Assembly (NCBI GenBank): GCA_012295275.1 | Contig: CM022678.1 | Location: 13,330,001 to 13,394,000 of the forward strand | Length of the DNA: 64,000 nucleotides | Direction of reading: 5' to 3' | Source of the DNA: Chrysomallon squamiferum | Lineage: Eukaryota; Animalia; Mollusca | Shown here: positions 53,549 to 64,000 of the stretch, piece by piece | How positions within the stretch are numbered: position 1 is the first letter of the stretch | How the letters are laid out: each line of letters begins with the position of its first letter | Program-made: the position numbers and the translations under genes | The notes under the pieces: model-generated | Databases searched by the model: none | Told to the model about the DNA's origin: nothing | Seen by the model: the letters and a program-made list of their open reading frames with translations, nothing else

Positions 53549-56500
53549 ATGGCAAGTGGATCAGAAGAAGATGTTTTAAAAGAAGGCACGGGTAAGAAAC
53601 TACTACCTCAGTTTGAGTCAGTACCTGGTTCAGTGGTTAAGTGTTTTAGTTTTCAACGATGTTTTGTTAGAACCAAAACCTTGAAGTTACTGTTAGTAGA
53701 ATAACCGCTTCAGTTTTATATATATGACAGCTATTATTATTAGTGAAAGATCTACAAATTGAGAAGACAATAAATTGGTAGTATATTCGTAAGTGCATGC
53801 AAAAGTACATTTAATGTAGTGAATGTGTGATTTGCAGAACTAGCGTATCATATGCCATGGCTGATATGCCTATGGAAACGCTTTTAGTTTAACAATTTTT
53901 AATTGGGTTAATCCCAGATATATATTCAGTAATTTATTATTTTTTAATTTCATGTTGCTTAAAAACGGCACTGTCAGTGTCAGATCCGTTTCATGCCAGT
54001 AATGTTATTTTTGATAATACAGGAAATAGACTAGAATTTAGTTACTAAACTAGTAACTTGGTAGAGTGCCAGCTGAGAAGACAGAACTTTTAAGATAATA
54101 AGAATAATTACGAAGATATCTTTAGTTGAGCATTAATATTTTAATATTTTTTGGTGTAACAAGTTTGCAAATAAAATAACACTTTTTATTCCTTTACCAT
54201 GTGATGGGGTAAAATGGTAGTGTCACATTTTCATACCATATTATTTTATTGCCACACTTTGTCATGAGAGATAATTGTCACATCACATGCAACAATTACT
54301 TGGAAATATGAACTCATACATAATACAACATACCCAGTTTTATACAGAGTTTTGGAATGTCCTAACAAACGTATATGCATGATAGTAAAAATATGACTTT
54401 TAGTAATAAAAATATGTGGTGTGTTGTGTTTATTGACAGAACACTAAAGAAGGTTACATTATTTAATAATCTTAGGATGGGTTTGCTGAGTAAATCTTTT
54501 TGATCTCAGTGATAATTTTGGTGGCTAAAGTTGACCACTGACTAAGGTTAATTATTGTTGCACATTTGATTTGGGAATTTTTTTCTTCACTGATTTTTAT
54601 TTTTATGACCAAGGTTTATTTTTGTGACACAATCAATTCAACTTATGAATGTAATTATATTTTTTACAGTGTACTTTGATAAAGACCAGAATTCTTTTTT
54701 TCTTCTTTTTCTTATTAGTATTGTTATACATTTTGTAATGATTAAAAGATGGATACTTATTATATGTTTGATATATTGTTACAGGTTCCAATGCAGCCAG
54801 TCCACATACTATAAACTGATATTTTTAAATATGTTTGTATAAGTATTTTTCAAGTATTTAAGAAAAGAAATAGAAAAGTAATAATATTATTTTATTATTA
54901 TTATTATTATTTTTATTTGATAATCAGCTACATTATTCCATAGAATTCTATTTGTGTTATTATTCCACTTTTCTTTCAGGAACAGTTAGCCAAACATACT
55001 TGCCTGAAAAAGGAAATTTGTATAATTATAAAGTAACTGTTTTCATTGTTTTCCTTCAGTTAGGTCTGACCAAGTTTTATATATATTCTTTAACTGTTTA
55101 AAATACCTTTAGTATGTTGATTTCGGCTTATTAAACCTTTTCATTGGGGAATCACCTATTAGTCATGTCACTTCCTTATTGTGTAAAATGTGTTTATCCA
55201 AAATCTGTTCTATATTTAAATCAGTGTCGTACAGTGCATATAACAAGTTAGGAGAAAATACATGGATAAACTAACCATTAGCATAACACGTTTAAAAAAA
55301 ATCATACCTGTAACTTACCTTTAAATGATCTTATTTCACAAATGTGCTAATTTTGTTTATAAGAATTATGGGTTTGTATTTATTTATTTATTTATTTATT
55401 TAATTATTACACATCTTCATCAATGTGCTTGTTTACATGTCAGCATCTAGCTCAAAAGTAGGAAAAAATTCCAAGTATTCAACAGGAAAGTATTTGATAA
55501 ATATGGCTGATGCCATTTTTAATTTACAACTGTGTGTGCATGCTCATCTTGAAGGTGATCATCTTCTTCATCTTGTAATTATATTATAATTCTGAATATT
55601 TTAATTGCTTATATCAGATATATATATATAAATCAAACTCTCTATGGAGCAGATACAGGTTACATCAAACTGATCAATATATCAAACAGAAACAGGATAA
55701 CCATTTGTCCCTGCTTCTGCAAAATAATGGAAAATATAATTACCAACATAACTGCCTAATAATGGTTGCCAACTCCACAGTCCCTTCCATCCCTTCAGTG
55801 TGTTTTCCCCCCAGTCTCTCTTGTCTTTTACTTAATAAACAATACGTGGACTTCCCTGAAGTCAGCAGATCTTTTGTCTCTCGCTAATGATTGTTAATTG
55901 TTAGGAGATTTCAGTAATTGGATTACTGTTAACTAACAATACATATTTAATTAAAACATACTGTTAGGAATATTCGTAGAAATGAATGGGTAACACATTT
56001 ACTTACTTTAATAATCGATGCAGGTTAATTACAAGATGTTACACTGTATTAAAGGAAGCTATTTAGGTAAATAAATGTTACACACATTTTCAAAAACTGT
56101 AACTTAATTGTACAACAATATAAAATATTATAATAAGTAAAAGAATAGCTATTTTATGTAAACAGTAAATTCAATTTTAATGAATTTTAGAAGAATTAAT
56201 GAGATGGGTGGTGTTGCATACCATGAAGCAGCAATTCAATGTCAGGCTTAACTGAAGAATGTCATTTAGATGGCAGTCAGAGTGTTGCAAGCAAAGGTGT
56301 TTTCGAGAAAGGTTTTTCACAGCAAAATGTACTTCCGAACATAGCTACAGTGCACTGAACATGTTCAATAAGTTGTGGAAATTTGTCAGGTGGAAGGATG
56401 ATATCACAAAAGAAGGAAAGGAGAGAAGATGTGTGGAACTTAGCTTTTAATTCATCATTGCATTGCATATCTACCAATTCCATTTGCAAGGAAGCTGGAG

Positions 56501-59121
56501 AATCGTCCTCTGGGAGTTCAAAAGGGAACCTGAACAATTTGAAATCTGCAGACAGTGGTCGGATTCCTCCAAACGGGAGGCAAATTCTTACCACAGTGAC
56601 ATGATGACTGCAGCACAAGCCTTCACTTCAATATCAGGAAATGAACAAGCAGCAAGATGTAGAAAATGCTGAAACTGACAACTGGGATTCCCACAAATGT
56701 AGATTCACTTCAAATGCTGTGATATGTGAGGTTCTTCTCACGAAGAAAGGTGAAAATGTATTGTTGCAGGTCCCATACATGAGACAGCAAGGCTCCACAA
56801 CTCAGCCAGCGCACTTCTGAAACGTAGAGCAGGTCACCGTAGTTTGCATTCACTTCATCCATCAGTACCTGGAATTGGCGATGTTTCAGTCTGTGAGAAA
56901 GAATGGAACTGACAACCTTCACTACAACTGACATGACATCAACGAGATTTGCAAAAATGGCCCATAAGGATTCTTGGTGACGAAGCTGCACTTTTATTCA
57001 CTCCAATCATTGCCAGTGCACCATCAGTTGTTACACTTACAAGAAATAAGGTTCTGAACATGTCTTTTCCACGGGTGGTGTCATATATTGGAACAATCTC
57101 CAAGAACTCTTCGTGCACCTTGAGGGCAGAAGTGCCACCATGTAGGAAAACAGCCAGTTGGGCTGTGTCTTTCACTGATGTCAGTGCTCTCATCAAGAAT
57201 GAAAGAAAAGGTGACAAAGGTCAAGTACTTTAATAAATCTTGCACACTGTCTGACATCTCCTCGACATGGTGATGAATAGTATGAGATGACAGGCTCATA
57301 TTCTCCATGACCGAAGTAGTGCTGGGAAGACAGAATTCACCAGTCATGAGACATTCCTTGACAAGGTCTCCATCAGAAAATGGCTTCATCCATTGAGCAA
57401 GGAGTAGTGAAACTTTGTAACTGGCATGTGTCACTTTTACATGCTAAGATAGTTCTTTACAAAACATCAAAGTGTCCTTTTAGAGATCGCCTTACAATTT
57501 AATGATGGCATCCTTTCTCTCAGAAGCAGACATTGAAGCAAATTTGAAGATTGATATGCTGTTTCCCAATAGTGGCATTAAACTCTGAAAATGGCAACTG
57601 TTTTCAAACAGATCAGGCACTGAGCTTGTCCAAACTGATCAATGAAAAAGTACTTCTCTGTCCACTCAGACTTTCAGCATCCACTTTTATCTTTTTTAAA
57701 TGTGAGGTTGTGGATATGATTGACTGGGGGGAAATGATAGATAGTAAAAAGCAAAAATGCAAAAACCAGTTCTATTCATGACAGCAAGAGGTTAGCATGG
57801 TTCAATTTGCCCACGTGTGTAATTGATTCAGGATTGAAATAACAATGAATTGAGGAAGCAAGCAGCCATTCAGATGTGGCAGCATTGATTCGATGAGCAT
57901 CTTCAAAACACCTTAAAATTTTGTCAGAATTTTTTGTTAATGTTGTTTGATTTTAATATTGGTGGTTTATTAATTATTATAAAGTTGGATGTTCCACCCA
58001 ATATCACAAAGAAATTCTGCCAGCTTTCCTCAAGGCTATTGACACACAAGTTGTGAAGACACTCTTGCAGCTGGACTTAGCGTGGAGGTGGGTTGACAAC
58101 TGCATCCTGCTGGATGATGGTGGCCACTGTCACCTGCTCACACTGAAACCATTCGGTAACTCACCAGGTTGATGGGTAGTTGTAGCCCACAAGGTCGAAG
58201 AACATATTGTTCCAACCTTCACACAAGTTGTTCATACAAGGATTATTGTTCATGGTAGCATATAAATGTGAAGACTCTTTCATTAATCCTCCCTAAATGA
58301 CCCTGATTAATAAGTGTAACAAGTCAACACCCCTGCACAATAATGAAGCCTCTTTCTTTAATGTAGCCTAATTGATCTAATCAATAAGCTTAACAATTAC
58401 CCAGTGCATACTTGATGCACATTCAGTACTTTTCAAACCCATATAATTTGTTATAAAAAAATTGTGATATTTTAGCTGGTGATTTTTTGTTCTTGTATTA
58501 AATTCTGACTTTTTTTCTGGGACTTTTTTTCCAGCCACCATCTAAATATGGCTGAGAAAACTTTCCACAGTTTGAGGCCCTATTAGGGTTTGGTTAAGGG
58601 CCCTATTATGCAAGATAAAAACAGTTTACCATCATAGGCTGTTCCTTTTCTTCATACATGGTGGTTTGTGTTTTTAAAAAATATTTAGAATTTTATTAAT
58701 TAACATAAAATATACTGAAACAACTATTTAAAAAAATATATAAATATATCCCAGTTCTTACTATCACCATAGAGAAACAATACGTCTAGAGTGACTTAGA
58801 AATATATAGAAAACTCTATTATTATTGTTATTGTTATCATTAGTATTATGCATAATATTCAAAATATATTTAATCAAATACTTTTATCTGTGAAATTACC
58901 ACCCATAACTTGTTTGTGTATAGGTATCTATAGGAATATTACATGACCTAGAAACTACAGACTGCCACATGCGCAAATCTATTTTGTTTTATGGGTCACC
59001 TTGCACTATTAATAGAGATGATGAATAAGACACAGCTAGACTTGACTACAGCTTTTTATTAGCTTACAGTTTATTTTTTTAGTTTTTTGGTGTTACTATT
59101 AATGTTGTTGTAAGTAACACA

Positions 59122-59208
<87 letters not shown>

Positions 59209-62134
59209 TATCAGATTTGTATATCGTGTGTTTATGACAACATTAATACTAAAAGCATGCACATGCATCTCACACTCAAAATCAATATGTTACAGTCTAT
59301 TTTTGGCCTCACTTGTGATAAATAATAAAAGATTTATTCTAACATTGGAATTCTGTAAAGAGTTAGTTTTGACTTAGAAAGTCTATGTTTGAAGAAAAGG
59401 TTGTGATGTAATGGATACTGTGGTTTCATCATTAATATAATATAATTATGTGGTTCAGTAGTACAAGGCCAGATACTGGCATGAGTCTTTCAGTGCATGC
59501 AGGTAGTACAATTGTTTATTAATACTATAATAATTTACACAGGTAATCAATCATTCATAGTTAATGAATAAATATCTTGTAATTATTATATTTTTGGTAC
59601 AGAAATTACAGGTATTCATAACAAAGAAATGTAATAATTACATTATTGATACAGTATTCATAGGTGATTGTGAGTAAAAATAATTATTACATTATTTATA
59701 TAGAAATCAAAGCAGTCATAAGGAAATAAACAGAGTTATTACTATATTACTGATACAGAAACTGCAGTATTAATAACAAATATTTTGTTATTGATACAGT
59801 ATTTGTAGGTGATCATAATGAGTAAATAATAAATTTTACATTATTTGTATGGAAATCACACAAAAAAGAATGAATACAATAATTATTATATTATTGATAT
59901 GGAAATTAAATTAAATCATATAATAAAACAAAGATTAATTTGTTACATTTTAAGGTGTATTTTTGTCAATATTATAACACTACTTGGGTGTTTTCTTCAT
60001 ACTTTCTAGTTATATTTGTTTGTATTTTTGTCACCCAATTTTAATTAATAATGAAGAATAACAGTAAAAATAATACTTTTTAAAATATCTGGATACACTA
60101 TTTTTCTGTTGTAGTTGTGGAGTCACCATATACTTGTAGACTGATTACTTAATATTGTCTTCTGTGTTATTAATCTACTCTGTATGTAGCAACATCATGA
60201 CTTAATTGTATTAATTTTATGGTCATGCTGTGAGTGATGATAAGTAAAAAAAAAAAAAAAAAATGAAAAGTTGGAAATATAATGCATTTGTTTCAGATAT
60301 TTACTTTGTTGATTTATTTATAATTTTCATTATTACAAGTTACTATAGATTTCCATTAGATAACAAATTTAAAATTAAGTGGTTTTTTTTTAGTTAATTT
60401 GTTTTATCTATCGATAAATCTGTGTGTGTGTGTGTGTGATATCAGTCGTACGTAAATCTGATGAAATAAGAATGTAATTTTTAAATTTTCAAGTGTAGGA
60501 TGCCAGGAGGGTGTGTCAATAATTGAAGACTCATTCTTCTAATACTTTTTGCACAAGTTATAATTGAAGAAACATTGGAGTTGTGGCAGTCATTTATATA
60601 TGGTTTACTTTTTATATTTCAAGACTGTGTATAATCTTATGATTATTATAATCCTTTGATCCTCAGTATTTTATATAAATTAATCTTAAAGCAAACTTTA
60701 AAATAATTTCTTTTAAAAGCTTTTGTTGTTGGTTTCAGTGAATATAACAAAAATATATATATTTTTATTTTCATCATTTATCTATCATAATTCATCTAGT
60801 TCAGTAAATATTCCTTAGTTTTTGTTGCCTGTATCATTATTTTTGCTAATATGTAAAATTTATTATATAATAATTTAATATAATCAAAATGAGTAATGAC
60901 AGTTTTTAGTTATCCTGGAATGTTACTGTAATAAAAAGTAAATAAAAATTCAGAAAACAACTCCTTCACCTTTTTATTTTGCTTTATCAGAAATTTTATT
61001 TGCTCACTTAATGTAACATAATCTACTCAGTGAAAATAAAATTCTGTCTTGTAATCTTAGTCTCACTTCTAGGTTCTTAGTCCATCAGTGACAAAAAATA
61101 ACAATACAGCAACACTAAATTAATTTTCTGTTTTTTAATTTTAATTTTTTTTAAATATTTTTTCCAGAGCTGAAGAGGGCACGTCCACCAAGTAAGAAGA
61201 AGCTGGAAGATGAAATTGATAGTCTCATGGTTCAAATCCGACAGAAAGAAGCTGAAATTGTATCCTTTCATAACTTAATATCAGAATATTCATCTTTATA
61301 TTGGATTTATTTTCTTTATTACTTTCTTTTTTCTTATTTAATATTATTTTGTAGTATTATTAATTTCAATCAGTTAGCAGAACAAAAATATTAAAAAGAA
61401 AATACCCAAAACAAAATGCAATAAAATAATAATAATAATAATAATAACAACCTAAAAAACCATTTATAACAAATTTGTTTGATAGTTTTTGAAAGTGCAC
61501 AGGTTTACAGTATTGTTATATTTAAAATACTTGTTTTTACAATTAATATATAATTTAATATATAACACATTTAATCTTTTAAATTATAATATTTATTATA
61601 TTTTTAAAAAACATTTAGTAAAAAATTTAAATATTTCTTGACATATACAAGAAATCACTAGGCATCTCTGAAACAAAGAACATCCGAGCTGAAAAAGAGG
61701 CTTCGATAGAAAGAAGAAAGAAGGTTGACAATGATTTACGGGCATTGAACCAAGCTATCACACAGAAGGTAAATTTATTTATAACTCACAAAAATCATAT
61801 TTGTTTATTTATTACATAATATAGTTACGTTTCTTATTTCAAGAGTATCTGTTATAATTATTATAATACATAACACTTTCAGTATATATGCTATGTTTTC
61901 TTTGACTGTTTCATTTGTAGAACATGTTTTTAGAAATTAATAATTATTGTCAAATCTTAAGTAACTGAATATATGTATGTGTGTGTGTGTGTGTCTCTGT
62001 ACATATGTGTCACACACACACATACACACAGTGTATCTTGCAGTCTGTCTGTATTAAAAAAATGGTAATAATAATAATAATTTTACATTTAGAAATAAAT
62101 ATTAATTTACACTAAGTGAAATAAATTTCCAGTA

Positions 62135-62165
<31 letters not shown>

Positions 62166-63865
62166 TTATTTGTTTTGTCTTCTTTTATGCACTACTAGGA
62201 ATTTTTTTTTACATTTATTTCCCAGATACAGGAAATGTCAGTTTGGAACCCAAAATATTCACTGGATGTTGAAAGAAGAATTGGTACAGTGACCTGTATT
62301 TCCTCATACCTATGTTCTGACCAGTGTCCATCTTTTAAAGAGTGTTTGTTATTTTCAGATGGGTGGATTGTCCAAGTTGCAGTCAAACTTGAGATACAAA
62401 ACTGAAGAGAGACACAATGAAGCAATTGGGTAAAATTTTTCTTTTATGTAATATGTTAATTAGGTGAAAGAAACTGGTTCTATAATCTCTTAAAGATAGA
62501 GATACTGATTTTTCTAGACCACTCGAAATCTTTCATTTTCTCAGAATGTGAAAAAAGAAAATTTATCTGTCACTGTGCTGGGTTGCAACAAAAGTTTATG
62601 AATTTTGAACAAGTGATTTTATTTCACAGGTGACTGAAACACATAGGAACAAAATGGCTGATGTGTGCTTCAAAAACAAACTGTATACACATATCTATAA
62701 ACAGTGTTAAGATTTCAATTTTGTTACAGCTCAGTATTTGTACTTCCAAAAATCTCCTCAGGACAAGTGGATAATAAATAGATTCAGTGTGATATGATGA
62801 ATAGTAAGCAGTAACACATTTACAATAGTTTATTTATTTATGTCAAATGTTAAAATGCACATTAAAAGGCAGTGGTTCTTAATATTTCATTATAAATTTT
62901 AAAATGTCTTGGTTAAATTTTGGTTTAATTATTTATTTTGAAATGTTATAATTGTATTTCAGGAAACTTGAATGGAATCTCAGGGTTCAGAATTTCAAGA
63001 TTTCAGAGGAAAAGAAAATAGTTGCAGAGATAGACAGTCTGAAGAGATCAAAGAAAAATTTAGAGTAAGAATTTGTATTTAACAGATGTATTTAAAATTC
63101 TTTGAATATACCTTTTCATTAGCAAGTTGTGTCGTTTAGACATGGCAAATAATGAAAAATGAGAAAAATTGAAATAAATGCTAATTTGTTGTGAGTCTGT
63201 TATCTGTATATAGCAACACACTCACTAGAATTGGCAACTAAAATAAAATAGCTAGACTTTTCAGATTTCTCTTAGTAATGTTATTTTATTTGTTCATTGT
63301 TCCAGTCAGTACATGGTGTTGAAGAAAGAGATTGATGAAATGAGAGATCGACAAAGAAGAATGAGAGAAGAACGAGATGTAACTCTTACTTATACAAAAA
63401 ATTTCATTAATTATTAGGATTTATAATTTATTAATTCTTGTAAATTTAGGTAGCCTGTTTTAAACATTTATTATAATAATTTTAATTCAAACAAATATTT
63501 CAAGTCAGATTCAATTTTTAGATTGAAATATTGTTTAAAATGTTGATTCAAGTTTTATTTTAATTGTTTATTTTGACATTTTAATTCAGTTTTGATATAG
63601 TTTCACGCCTTATTCAAACATTTTTTTAAAACACTTACTGAACATTTTAAGTGCGGATTTGAGTTCTGTTTTAAACTTCCACTGTATGTTTAAATTTATT
63701 TTTTAACTTTATTTTGAATATTTTATTTATTTGTCTGTTTGCTTATTATTTATTTATTTATTTTATAGCACTACTTTAAAAAAGTCAATGAACTGAAACA
63801 CAGAGAAGATGAAGCAAGACAAAAACGGAATGTGGACAAGACAAAAACAGAAAGTTTGAAGAAAG
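53549..63865 (+). CDS. Coiled-coil protein resembling yeast Bfr1 / plant proton-pump interactor; continues beyond right edge
   Basis: Phase-consistent exons 53549-53591, 61168-61259, 61652-61768, 62359-62429, 62963-63064, 63306-63378, 63769-63865: MASGSEEDVLKEGTELKRARPPSKKKLEDEIDSLMVQIRQKEAEI...LRYKTEERHNEAIGKLEWNLRVQNFKISEEKKIVAEIDSLKRSKKNL... Gene structure solid, family call tentative. Confidence 0.75.
56196..57720 (-). mobile_element. Heavily decayed hAT transposase (GTF2IRD2/SPIN/EPM2AIP1-like), intronic
   Basis: Fragments KKIKVDAE..WTEKYFF, KPFSDGDLVKECL, FILDESTD, AQLAVF, TTDGA.AMIG, LKHRQFQ, EVRWLSCG, LQMELVDMQCN, MFGSTFCCEK.FS, terminal HPSH*; many frameshifts; TIRs not found. Confidence 0.9.
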
Positions 63866-64000
63866 GTTTGAACTCTAAGATTATAATGTGACAGGGTAAC
63901 AGTAAACAGAATTGTTATTTTTTATTTTTTAAGCGTTATACAATTTCAGAGTTTATACAAGTTTAAGAAAACAGAAAAAAATATAAATAACTAAACACTC

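Noticed and set aside
58020-58270. Locally GC-richer segment as possible exon or retroelement
   Set aside because: No recognisable motif, stops in frame, no phase-compatible splice sites identified.
22873-59377. Many short ORFs made of (GA)n, (GT)n, (TTA)n microsatellites and antisense shadows of real exons
   Set aside because: Low-complexity translation artefacts or opposite-strand frames of identified exons.
62226-62282. Extra exon in the coiled-coil gene
   Set aside because: Phase does not fit; flanking exons join in frame without it.

Overview
AT-rich, microsatellite-rich eukaryotic (invertebrate animal, plausibly mollusc/lophotrochozoan) genomic DNA with spliced genes. Left to right: an ERICH3/DUF4590-like ciliary gene (-, runs off the left edge) whose introns hold a hAT remnant and two large minisatellites; a tandem segmental duplication that copied ERICH3 promoter+exons 1-3 together with the last exon of the neighbouring gene (one copy later hit by a Buster-type hAT element carrying a nested MITE); a 12-exon gamma-glutamyltranspeptidase (-); a two-exon LRAT-domain pseudoenzyme (+); RAD21 (-); and, head-to-head with RAD21, a coiled-coil Bfr1/PPI-like gene (+, runs off the right edge) with a decayed GTF2IRD2/SPIN-like hAT in intron 1. 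Most interesting: (1) an in-frame 624-nt candidate cassette exon in RAD21 carrying two Cdc25A-type beta-TrCP degron-like motifs just upstream of the separase site; (2) a candidate young chimeric/alternative-N-terminus gene made by the duplication, whose exons are more diverged than its introns; (3) a ~3-kb minisatellite that is a tandem amplification of an exon end plus its 5' splice site. All gene models were derived by manual reading of splice sites and phases; family names are from recalled motifs, not database searches.
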